From NCBI GenBank assembly GCA_964489445.1, contig CAZAYU010000006.1, forward strand, positions 53,518-117,517: a stretch of 64,000 nucleotides of DNA, written 5' to 3'. Under the pieces are notes generated by a model. It was given only the letters and a program-made list of their open reading frames with translations, searched no databases and was not told the DNA's origin. This DNA comes from an uncultured Planctomycetia bacterium. Lineage in GTDB: Bacteria > Omnitrophota > Gorgyraeia > Duberdicusellales > 4484-171. Of the stretch, positions 27,794 through 36,915 are shown in pieces. The translations under genes and the position numbers were made by a program. Positions within the stretch are counted from its first letter, which is position 1. The number at the start of each line of letters is the position of its first letter.

Positions 27794-29956
27794 TCAATAA
27801 AAGACTTTTATCTTACCCGAATAATATCGGTATCTTCCTTTAGAAAAAATATTATCATCATCACTAAAACTTTTCCTGTAAATTATTCCTCTTGCCTGGA
27901 GCTGTTTATTAGTATTGTGAATCGCTAGCAAATCACTTGCTACCAATAATTTATCTGGCTCAAAAACGACTGAAGGAAAACCTTTAATGACTCTCATTAA
28001 TCTATTACGCTGGGTCTTCAACTTTCCTTGAGAAAACCTAACTAGCTCTACCCAAGAATCATTAAATTTATTAGACAACTTGGACGTTAAGCCATCAATA
28101 TCCAACAATTGATATTTATCAGACAGCATAAGATTTGTATCATAACGATCAATTTGTATTCTCTGCTCCAAAAACATACTTATTTCAATTATTAAACAAT
28201 GAGGATCGTTTAACTTGACTTTCCAAACCTGACACATCGGAAACCTAGTATATTCCCCTTTGGCAATTATAGTATCATTGACACACCTCACTTTCCATGA
28301 TGCCTGCAGAGAATCAATCCAATGGCCCAAAGAAAAAACAGAGGTATATAAGCCAAAATGTTTGGTTAATTCAACGCCATTATAAAAAATTCTCCCCTTC
28401 CCTTGGTCAAATAAAAACTCTAAAGCTCTTTTTTTTATAGATATCTTCTGCTTTTTATACCCTTCATTTGCTAATATTTTTTGTGTTATTTTTTTATTAA
28501 TATCAGACATTCCTTTGCTGTCTAAATACCCTCCCACTCGATTAGTGTAAAATTTTCTGCCACACTTTTCCCAAAAAATATCCATTCTTCTTAATCGTTC
28601 ACCGTAATTATTTGAAAGATCTTGAGTTTGCCAATCATAAATATTGTTGCTCTGTATATTATACAAGTTAAGATTATTATGAATATACGAATGCGGCTTT
28701 ATTGTAAATACTGATGAATCTAACCCGGAAATATATCTTCTGTTATTTTCAATAAAGTGCAATGTTTTTTCAAAGTCCTTAATCGTCTCGGTTGGAAAAC
28801 CAACAATCCAGTTAGTAAAGACAGCAATGCCGGAAGAATACGCATCTACAATATTTTGACGCGCAGCATCAACTGTAAATGGCTTTTTCATGCTGCGCAG
28901 AACATCATTTGATGCGCTTTCAATTCCAAAATTAAGATACTCACAGCCTGATTGTCGCATTTGCTCAAAAAGCTTTCGATTCATGTCCAGTCTTACAGAA
29001 ATACTCGCCCCCCATCTTGTAATTATATTATTTTTAATGATCAGTTTACACATTCTAAGTAAGGAATCTAAATCTGCATTGATTAACTCATCGTTAAAAT
29101 GAAAAAACTCAACCTGGTAATTATTTCGCTGCACATTCATCTCCTCAACGACAGATTCTGGACTTCTCTTACGAAAGACATAGTTAAAAAAATAAGGATC
29201 ATTACAAAATGCACAATGGTTAATGCACCCTCTACTTGTTAAAATCGGCAAAAATTTCAAATCAGTATAAGCGTTTAAGGAATAACCAGAAAAGTCCGGA
29301 TAAGGCAATTTATCTATATTCTTGCTCAAAGGGCGCACTTTATTGATTAGCAATGAATAGCCCTCTTTAGCGATTATCCCCTCGCATCCTTTTAAACTTT
29401 TTCCACTATTTACCCTTTCGACAATTTCCGGAAAGACATCCTCCCCTTCTCCCACAACGACAATGTCAATAATTCTCATAATATTCTTAATTCTCACGCC
29501 AGGGTTTATTGCACCATCAAAGATATTTACATTTTCAATAATAAATGGTCCGCCAAAAATTATTTTGGCGTTTTTACTAAACTCTTTAATTTTTTTTGCT
29601 AAAAGAACACTTACATTGACCGATGTGTTATACACTGTAAACCCTATTAAATCAGGAGTAGTATTCAAAATACTTTTAGCCCAGAGATCTAGTACCTTTC
29701 CACCCAAAAAATTAATATTTCTGATAGTACGTTCATCTTCCCATTCATGCTCAAGAGTATTCTGTGTCCAGAATGATTCAGACTTATAATCCCAATTTCT
29801 TTTTTCAATATCATTCACCTTATTGTAAAGGCTGATATTAAAATCAAACTGAAGCACATTATTTCCACGCTTTTCTAAGACTGATTTTAAGTAAGCCGGA
29901 CCTATTTGCGGCATCCGAGGATTAAACATTGGACATTGTATAAGGGCGATATTCAT
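27794..29956 (-). CDS. B12-binding radical SAM protein with C-terminal beta-rich domain homologous to the Wzt repeats
   Basis: MNIALIQCP (ATG 29956 overlaps the upstream TGA), TSRGCINHCAFC, GIES, WIVGFPTET; the last ~210 aa align by eye to the Wzt C-terminal repeats. Confidence 0.9.
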   Translation of the reverse strand: MNIALIQCPMFNPRMPQIGPAYLKSVLEKRGNNVLQFDFNISLYNKVNDIEKRNWDYKSESFWTQNTLEHEWEDERTIRNINFLGGKVLDLWAKSILNTTPDLIGFTVYNTSVNVSVLLAKKIKEFSKNAKIIFGGPFIIENVNIFDGAINPGVRIKNIMRIIDIVVVGEGEDVFPEIVERVNSGKSLKGCEGIIAKEGYSLLINKVRPLSKNIDKLPYPDFSGYSLNAYTDLKFLPILTSRGCINHCAFCNDPYFFNYVFRKRSPESVVEEMNVQRNNYQVEFFHFNDELINADLDSLLRMCKLIIKNNIITRWGASISVRLDMNRKLFEQMRQSGCEYLNFGIESASNDVLRSMKKPFTVDAARQNIVDAYSSGIAVFTNWIVGFPTETIKDFEKTLHFIENNRRYISGLDSSVFTIKPHSYIHNNLNLYNIQSNNIYDWQTQDLSNNYGERLRRMDIFWEKCGRKFYTNRVGGYLDSKGMSDINKKITQKILANEGYKKQKISIKKRALEFLFDQGKGRIFYNGVELTKHFGLYTSVFSLGHWIDSLQASWKVRCVNDTIIAKGEYTRFPMCQVWKVKLNDPHCLIIEISMFLEQRIQIDRYDTNLMLSDKYQLLDIDGLTSKLSNKFNDSWVELVRFSQGKLKTQRNRLMRVIKGFPSVVFEPDKLLVASDLLAIHNTNKQLQARGIIYRKSFSDDDNIFSKGRYRYYSGKIKVFY

Positions 29957-31647
29957 TGATGTCTCCGCTTCCACTCTTCGGCAAAATTAATATTTTCCGG
30001 CCGAACGAGCCTTGAGAATTCATAATATATAACAAACCCTTGGGCAGTTATTCTCTTTTTATGCCTGATATCATGCTCACTTAAATACTCATCCATTATA
30101 TCAATATGCCCAAACTTATGATTACCAGTAAATACATAAGCATACCTATTAGCTCTATCTACAGCCTGTTCATAATAATCATATCTCTCGCCAAAGTGGC
30201 AATCATCATATATTACATCCCCAGTACTTGAACAACTCCAAATGCCCCTGCACGATGCAATGATTTTCTCCTTGCTTTCAAAAACTAGCGGCCACTTAGC
30301 ATCATAATACGTATAGACGTAATGAATATCTTTTTCCAGTAACTCACTAATAAGCTGCCTTAGCCCCGACATCGACCAACGATCACCATTAATGTAGAAA
30401 TTTATATTTCCAAATAAACTAATTAAAATAATGCTTACAGCTAAAACAACTGAAATGATCTTACCTAGAAAATTAAACTCAAAGAGCTTTATTATAAACA
30501 AGGAAATAAAAATATAAAAAAAAGGATACAAAACCATTGCATAATGATCCCTCCACACATAATCACTACTATACTGGCTGAAAGAATAAAGAAGCGAATA
30601 GAACAGAGGAAAAACAAGTAACAACGATTCCGGATTAATTTTTTCGGGAATAACATTGTGCTTGGTTGAAGGTATGACTCCTTTTATGACATTCTTTAAA
30701 GATTCTCTATTCAACCAAATAAGAAAACAAACGGAAATAACCACCACGAAATAATATAAATAATTAATAAATGATGCGTTAAAGAAAGGAATTAATTCAA
30801 AGTTAAACGAATCAGGAATGCGATAAAAAAATAAATCCTTAATACGGATAAATCTCTCAGCAATATAAGAAGAAGTAAATAAGAACTTATCAACTTCCAG
30901 CCCCATCAACGGACTACTGTATCCACTGAAAATAGCATACAATAAAGGACTAATTCCAACAGTAAAAGATACAACAAAAATAAGAAACTGAACCCGCAAA
31001 AAAAATAACTTGTCAAAAAGATACCAATAAAACATGATAACCAAAACAAAAATAAATGCAGAAACATGATACGCAATAGCTAAGCCGGATAACACGCCTA
31101 AAATTATCCAATAGCCATACCTATCTAATGGTAGCGCCTTGCGCTTTGAATTAAAAAAAATGCTAAAAAAAACAAAAAATATTAAAATATCAAAAAACAA
31201 TATATCATGATGATTAGCCACACAGTATAAGCTATAGCGAAAATACGAAGGAATAGAAAAAATATACAGTAGACTAGTTAGTAGTGCAACCTTTCGACTA
31301 AAAAATTTATTTGTAAATGTAAATAAAATAACCAGTATTCCTATACTAAATATTAACGGAACCAGTCTCAAGGAAATTGTGGAAACACCAAACAATAAAA
31401 ATAGGGGAACCGCCATAAACGAGGACACCACGGAGCCCAACCCATAAAGATGAATATATGAAAGGTGTGCCTGCGTATTATTTCCTTCTAATATATGTTT
31501 TGCTAAAATCCCTCTTACTCCTTCCTCAGACATAACTACATTACAAGCAGAATATAAAACCAATAAACGTAATCCTACCAATGTTATTATCAACAAACTA
31601 ATAACAAAAAACTTATTCTTCAATATACCTAATTTCATTTTTACCAA
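29953..31647 (-). CDS. GT-C membrane glycosyltransferase (ArnT/PMT family-like)
   Basis: LRL...SEEGVRGILAKHI, LFGVSTISLRLVP, about 11-13 TM segments, periplasmic C-terminal domain. Confidence 0.8.
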   Translation of the reverse strand: MVKMKLGILKNKFFVISLLIITLVGLRLLVLYSACNVVMSEEGVRGILAKHILEGNNTQAHLSYIHLYGLGSVVSSFMAVPLFLLFGVSTISLRLVPLIFSIGILVILFTFTNKFFSRKVALLTSLLYIFSIPSYFRYSLYCVANHHDILFFDILIFFVFFSIFFNSKRKALPLDRYGYWIILGVLSGLAIAYHVSAFIFVLVIMFYWYLFDKLFFLRVQFLIFVVSFTVGISPLLYAIFSGYSSPLMGLEVDKFLFTSSYIAERFIRIKDLFFYRIPDSFNFELIPFFNASFINYLYYFVVVISVCFLIWLNRESLKNVIKGVIPSTKHNVIPEKINPESLLLVFPLFYSLLYSFSQYSSDYVWRDHYAMVLYPFFYIFISLFIIKLFEFNFLGKIISVVLAVSIILISLFGNINFYINGDRWSMSGLRQLISELLEKDIHYVYTYYDAKWPLVFESKEKIIASCRGIWSCSSTGDVIYDDCHFGERYDYYEQAVDRANRYAYVFTGNHKFGHIDIMDEYLSEHDIRHKKRITAQGFVIYYEFSRLVRPENINFAEEWKRRHQ

Positions 31648-31701
31648 GAGTAAATATAACTTTAGTGATCATCCAATATTTAATTAATACTAACACTCTT
31701 T

Positions 31702-33126
31702 TCAACTATTTTTTAAAAAACCACTTAATGCCTTGGCCCCTCGAAAAAATCGTTTAACATCAATTATACTTCTGATGGTCCTTAGATTTTGCCACCAGAT
31801 CTTTGGCGAAGAGTAATAATCCCAAAATGCTTTACGGTATAAATTTTGCATACGTTTCAAGCCAATTAGCGGATTAATAAAAACTGGATGCTCGTCTTTG
31901 AACATCGAATAGTCACTCCAATGAATATCTTCCGGTAATCCTCCAGATTCTTTACATAAGCGATATAACTCTGTCTCCGGATAAGGAAAAGGGAAATAGA
32001 ATAACGAAATCTGTGCTGCAAGTTTTTTTGCATAAAAGATAGTATTAGAAACCATGTCCTCGGTTTCACCAGGAATACACAAAATAAAATTATTAATCAC
32101 TAAGATTCCAGCTTCTTGAGTCCATTTAACCCCCTTAGTTTGTTGATTAACAGTAACCCCTTTTCTAAGAATATCCAAGGATTTCTGGTTACCAGACTCA
32201 ATTCCAAATACAATCTGCCGACAGCCAGCATTTCGCATTTGAGCAAGCAAAACAGGATCAACCTTGTCTGCACGCGTATTGCAAGACCATAACAAACCTA
32301 ACTTGGCTTGAATTATCTTGTCCATTAAGTCTAATGTATGGCCTCGGTTTATAGTAAATGTCGAGTCTTGAAAGTATACGCCTTGCGCTTTTTTTTGATA
32401 TTTTAGAATTTTTAATTCTTCAATAATCCGGCTGATACTATAGCGCCTTATCTTTTTCCCCAAAATTACTGGTGCGCAACAAAAAGCACAAGAATAAGGG
32501 CATCCTCGCTGCGTAATTAACGGATAATTAGGAAGAGCAACATACTGTGTAGGATGAGGAATATATTTTGAGATATCTAACTCTCCGTATACTCCACTCG
32601 GTAAAATATCAAGATTCTCAATAAACGGACGCATCGGATTGATAATTATTTGACTGCTATTTCGCCAAACCAAGCCTGGAACTTTTGAAAAATCTCCATT
32701 ATTCTCTATAGTGCCAACTAGATCAAGAAGAGTTACTTCTCCCTCATTTTGAACAATAAAATCACACTCTTTGCACTCCTTCATTGTTTCTTTGGGCATT
32801 ATTGATACATGTGCTCCACCAAATACAATCTTAGTTTTCGGAAAAATACTCTTATAAATTCTTGCCGCACGAAAAGAATACTCAGCTGTCGGCGTATAGA
32901 CAGGAATACCAATTAATGTATACTCTTCTTGAGGCATTTCCGCTAAAAACGCATCTTCACTGGTATCGTCAAATTGAAAATCTTTGAATGTAACGTCATA
33001 GCCCTTCTGTTCAAGGTATCGGCAAAGAGAGATTAATCCTATTGGCGGTAAAAACCCCTGTGCTTTGCGAAAATTACCCCAAACAATACTAGAAGGAAGA
33101 GAAGGCTGTAATAATAAGATCTTCAT
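31702..33126 (-). CDS. B12-binding radical SAM protein (BchE/HpnJ/YgiQ-like)
   Basis: PPIGL, GGAH, NEGE, TQRGCPYSCAFC, FQDSTF, GIESG, PGET, PYPET. Confidence 0.92.
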   Translation of the reverse strand: MKILLLQPSLPSSIVWGNFRKAQGFLPPIGLISLCRYLEQKGYDVTFKDFQFDDTSEDAFLAEMPQEEYTLIGIPVYTPTAEYSFRAARIYKSIFPKTKIVFGGAHVSIMPKETMKECKECDFIVQNEGEVTLLDLVGTIENNGDFSKVPGLVWRNSSQIIINPMRPFIENLDILPSGVYGELDISKYIPHPTQYVALPNYPLITQRGCPYSCAFCCAPVILGKKIRRYSISRIIEELKILKYQKKAQGVYFQDSTFTINRGHTLDLMDKIIQAKLGLLWSCNTRADKVDPVLLAQMRNAGCRQIVFGIESGNQKSLDILRKGVTVNQQTKGVKWTQEAGILVINNFILCIPGETEDMVSNTIFYAKKLAAQISLFYFPFPYPETELYRLCKESGGLPEDIHWSDYSMFKDEHPVFINPLIGLKRMQNLYRKAFWDYYSSPKIWWQNLRTIRSIIDVKRFFRGAKALSGFLKNS

Positions 33127-35039
33127 CTTGAATCTTTTCCGATATTTTTTAAGGATTTTATCCAGTTTTCAAACACTACCAGCGGCCAAATTAATTGGCG
33201 ATGATTATTCTGCCCCGAAAAATGTTCGTTTAGAATCTTTTTCACATATTTATGGTCAAAAAATCCTTCTTTTTTGATTGCTTGTTCAGAAAGAGTATCC
33301 GATACAAATTCCTTAAAGTCACCTTTAATCCACTGGCCTAAAGGAATATCAAACCCCCTTTTGTTGTAAATGCGTGGAGTATTCGGCGGCCAATACTTTT
33401 TAATTGCCTTACGAAAAGTGTGCTTTAATCTCAGCCCCTTAATCTTTAATCCACTCGGAATAGAAGCAGAAAAATTAACAAGGTTGGGATTTAAATAAGG
33501 AAAACGGGATTCAACAGAATTCACAATACAAGCTCTTTCAGTCTTTCTCAAAGAACCATCGATCAAGTTAAATTTTAAATCTAAATAAAAAATTTTATCC
33601 AAATTACTTTTATAACCGGAGCAATCCACTAGATAGCTATTAACTGGGCGGAAAACATCATATCCATGCAATTTTTCCCTTAATCCTTCGTTTAGGAGTT
33701 TTTGTTTTTCAAGGTGATTATATGCCCCATACCAAATAAAATAGCCAATTGCTGGAGGATAATCAATGCCCCGTAAAAATTTTTTTGCCTTAAACTCTAA
33801 ACTCCGATAACTAGACGATATTCTCATCTTGTCAACCTTTAACTTAATAAATCTTTTAATAAATTCTGGAAATTTACGATAATGCTCGGCTAAAATATAC
33901 GCTTGATGAACCGGATAGCCACCAAATAATTCATCTCCACCATCACCAGAAAGACAAACATTTAACTTGCTGCCAATAAATTCAGCAAGTACACAGCTGG
34001 GTAAATATGAAGCATCAGCTAGTGGTTCATCTAAACTGTTTAAAATGTTAGTCAATTTGCTTTTTACTAATTGGCTAGTAACTAGAACCTTGTGGGCTTC
34101 TGTATTAAAGTAATTGCAAATTAAATCAATATCCTTTGATTCACTAAACGCAATATCGTCAAATATCGAAGAAAAAGTGCTAATCTTATCCTCATTAATC
34201 CCACTTCTTAAACAAACTAAAGAACCAGTATCTTTTCCGCCACTTAAAAAATTCCCCACCTTTCCAAAAGCGTTTATGTTGCCCTTGATTGAGCTAGTTA
34301 AACGCTTAATGATTTGCTCGCAAACCCATTCCTTGTTTTGAAAAAAATTTACATTAGGTGAAAAAGAGAAGTTCCAATACTGTGTGCTTTTAATCTTACC
34401 ATTTTCCCAATCTATTCTATAACCGGGCAAAACTTTATGTATCTTTTTTAAAATAGTTTTAGGGCCCGGCACGTATTCAAATGTAAGATATTCTGATAAA
34501 GCTTCGGTATCTATTTGCCAGTCTCGTAATCCGGGATACTCTAAAATCGGTTTTAATTCTGAACAAAAAATTAGATTTCTATTATGTGTCCCGTAATATA
34601 AAGGCTTTATCCCCATATGATCTCGAACCAAAAATAAACAACGCTTTTTTTTATCCCATAAAGCAAATGCAAAGATACCATCTAGTTTTCTTATGCCCTC
34701 TATGCCTTCGGTTTCATACAGATGAACTATCACCTCAACATCTAAGGAGCTCCGAAATTGATGATTACTCGTCTGAAGCTGTTTTCTTAATTCTCCAGCA
34801 TTATGAATAGCACCATCGCAAACCAACCGAATATTTTTGTCTTCATTACAAACAATGGTATCTGCCTGCTGAAAGCCTGTTGGCCCAAGATAACAATTGC
34901 CCAGTCCTAAATTATTTTCGACAAAAAAACCTGTACTATCTGGCCCTCGATAAACCATATCTTTGCACATGCGAATTAAAATACTCTTGTTTACTGGTTC
35001 ATTACTATTAAAATTTATGATCCCGCAAATGCCACTCAT
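33123..35039 (-). CDS. asparagine synthetase B-like amide ligase with degenerate glutaminase domain
   Basis: MSGICG, RGPD, RDHMGIKPLYY, SGGKDT, LSGDGGDELFGGY, KRGFDIP. Confidence 0.9.
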   Translation of the reverse strand: MSGICGIINFNSNEPVNKSILIRMCKDMVYRGPDSTGFFVENNLGLGNCYLGPTGFQQADTIVCNEDKNIRLVCDGAIHNAGELRKQLQTSNHQFRSSLDVEVIVHLYETEGIEGIRKLDGIFAFALWDKKKRCLFLVRDHMGIKPLYYGTHNRNLIFCSELKPILEYPGLRDWQIDTEALSEYLTFEYVPGPKTILKKIHKVLPGYRIDWENGKIKSTQYWNFSFSPNVNFFQNKEWVCEQIIKRLTSSIKGNINAFGKVGNFLSGGKDTGSLVCLRSGINEDKISTFSSIFDDIAFSESKDIDLICNYFNTEAHKVLVTSQLVKSKLTNILNSLDEPLADASYLPSCVLAEFIGSKLNVCLSGDGGDELFGGYPVHQAYILAEHYRKFPEFIKRFIKLKVDKMRISSSYRSLEFKAKKFLRGIDYPPAIGYFIWYGAYNHLEKQKLLNEGLREKLHGYDVFRPVNSYLVDCSGYKSNLDKIFYLDLKFNLIDGSLRKTERACIVNSVESRFPYLNPNLVNFSASIPSGLKIKGLRLKHTFRKAIKKYWPPNTPRIYNKRGFDIPLGQWIKGDFKEFVSDTLSEQAIKKEGFFDHKYVKKILNEHFSGQNNHRQLIWPLVVFENWIKSLKNIGKDSR

Positions 35040-35048
35040 TTTCCCTCT

Positions 35049-35993
35049 CTAGCTATATTCTTTTTCAATCCTGTATATCTTTCTTTTACCCGTATGATGA
35101 TAAATACGCGCACTTATTTCCATGGAAAGTCCAATTGCAATTAATTGAAATCCCAACATAATCATCATCAGCGAAAAAATAAGATTTCCCAGATTTTCAT
35201 TTATTTGTAAATCAAAAAAATAATACCCAATTGCAACTAAACCAGCCACTAAAAACCCGATACTAAAAAACATCATACCTACAGCTCCAAAAAAATATAG
35301 AGGCCTAGTGATGTAGCTACACAGAAACTTAACAGTTACTAAATCTAAAATCACCCTGAGTGTTCGTGAAATTCCATAACTGCTTTTACCACTCTTTCTT
35401 GAAGCACTTTCTATGGCTACCTCCGCAACTTTGACCCCTTGCCAGCTAATTAACACTGGGATGAAACGATGTAACTCTCCAAATAATTCAAGATCATTTA
35501 AAACTTCTCTTTTACACACTCTTAAGGTGGTACCAAAATCATGTAAATTCACATTAAACATGAAACGGATTATTTTATTAGCAATTAACGACGGTAATCT
35601 CCTAAATAAAAAGTTATCCTTTCTTTTTCTTCGCCACCCGCTAACCATTCCATAACCTTCTTTTAGCTTTTCCAATAAACATGGTATATCTTTAGGATGA
35701 TGCTGCAAGTCTCCGTCCAACGTTGCAACAATCTTACCGCAAGAGTTATCAAACCCAGCGGCTAATGCTGCTGACTGTCCGAAATTTCTACTTAATTTAA
35801 TTACTTTTACTTTTTGATCAACAACGCAAATAGATTTAATTTGCTTGAAAGTATTGTCATTACTACCATCATCAACGAAAACAATCTCGTAACTAACTCC
35901 TTGCTTAACCAATGTCTCGCTTAATAGTGAATACAGAGTCGTAACATTATCTTGCTCATTGTAAACCGGAATTACCACTGAAATTTCGATCAT
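35049..35993 (-). CDS. undecaprenyl-phosphate glycosyltransferase (ArnC/GtrB-like GT2)
   Basis: VIPVYNE, VDDGSND, RNFGQSAAL.AG, DGDLQ, GELHRFIP, SSYG, two C-terminal TMs. Confidence 0.92.
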   Translation of the reverse strand: MIEISVVIPVYNEQDNVTTLYSLLSETLVKQGVSYEIVFVDDGSNDNTFKQIKSICVVDQKVKVIKLSRNFGQSAALAAGFDNSCGKIVATLDGDLQHHPKDIPCLLEKLKEGYGMVSGWRRKRKDNFLFRRLPSLIANKIIRFMFNVNLHDFGTTLRVCKREVLNDLELFGELHRFIPVLISWQGVKVAEVAIESASRKSGKSSYGISRTLRVILDLVTVKFLCSYITRPLYFFGAVGMMFFSIGFLVAGLVAIGYYFFDLQINENLGNLIFSLMMIMLGFQLIAIGLSMEISARIYHHTGKRKIYRIEKEYS

Positions 35994-36005
35994 ATTTTTT
36001 TTAAA

Positions 36006-36890
36006 TTAGAATTGAGAATAATTTATCAATCTCACTCCAGATGCTTTAATTATTTCTTTAGTTTTATAACTCATCAATAAACCTGTTTGATCCCAATGAT
36101 TAATAATGTTAAATTTTCTAAATTCGCGGCTACAATGCCTTAGCCCATCATGGATATACCCGGGATGACAAATTATTTCTGAGACACCTGATCTTATTTT
36201 ATGAATAACCCGCTGGAAAACCATTAGAAGCTGTTTTTTCCTCAAACGTGAAGAAACCAGATTAAAAAAATCAGGATATTTAATATTGTTTGCACTTAAA
36301 TAACCATAATTGGTTGATGACACAGAAGACAAAAATTTTTCACGGCAACTCAAAATTAATTCTTCTAAGCATTGCCCGTTCGCAAACAAATTTAAACCCT
36401 GCCGAAAGAACCTTATTCTATTAATGTCAAACTCAACAGCTAATTCAATAATAACCTTTAAAATAGAAGGAAAAATATGTAAATGTTTTTCTGTATCTAG
36501 ATGAGTAACACGGACATTTTGTTTTAACACTTTATTTATCTGCGCCCGAAATTCTTTTTTCACTTCCTTTAAATTAATATCTCCTAATAACAGCTTTACT
36601 ACATTTTGATGTACCCCTCTAAACAGCCCCTGATGATCAACCAAGCTTTTTACTTGGTCAATCGGCAAAATCGGCTGACCCCGTAAAATATTTAGATGAA
36701 CCCCAACTCCCAACCCAGAAACTTTCTCTAAGCATTCCATCGCATTCTTAAATGCTGATCCATTGGCCATAACAGAAGTGCTCGTGAGGACACCTTCCTT
36801 AAACAAATCAATCACTGACAAATTTATTCCTTCTGTTAAACCAAAATCATCAGCACTAATTATTAAATACTTTTTAATTTTCATTAACAT
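36006..36890 (-). CDS. YdjC/ChbG/HpnK-family carbohydrate deacetylase
   Basis: IISADDFG, TSTSVM, GVGVHL, EFRAQI, THLDTEKH, EIICHPG. Confidence 0.9.
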   Translation of the reverse strand: MLMKIKKYLIISADDFGLTEGINLSVIDLFKEGVLTSTSVMANGSAFKNAMECLEKVSGLGVGVHLNILRGQPILPIDQVKSLVDHQGLFRGVHQNVVKLLLGDINLKEVKKEFRAQINKVLKQNVRVTHLDTEKHLHIFPSILKVIIELAVEFDINRIRFFRQGLNLFANGQCLEELILSCREKFLSSVSSTNYGYLSANNIKYPDFFNLVSSRLRKKQLLMVFQRVIHKIRSGVSEIICHPGYIHDGLRHCSREFRKFNIINHWDQTGLLMSYKTKEIIKASGVRLINYSQF

Positions 36891-36915
36891 TAATCAACAT
36901 CAAAAAATACATTTA

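Noticed and set aside
31702-36890. Actual hopanoid (hpnIJKL) cluster
   Set aside because: No squalene-hopene cyclase, HpnH/HpnG or squalene synthesis genes are in the window; kept only as a mechanistic analogy.
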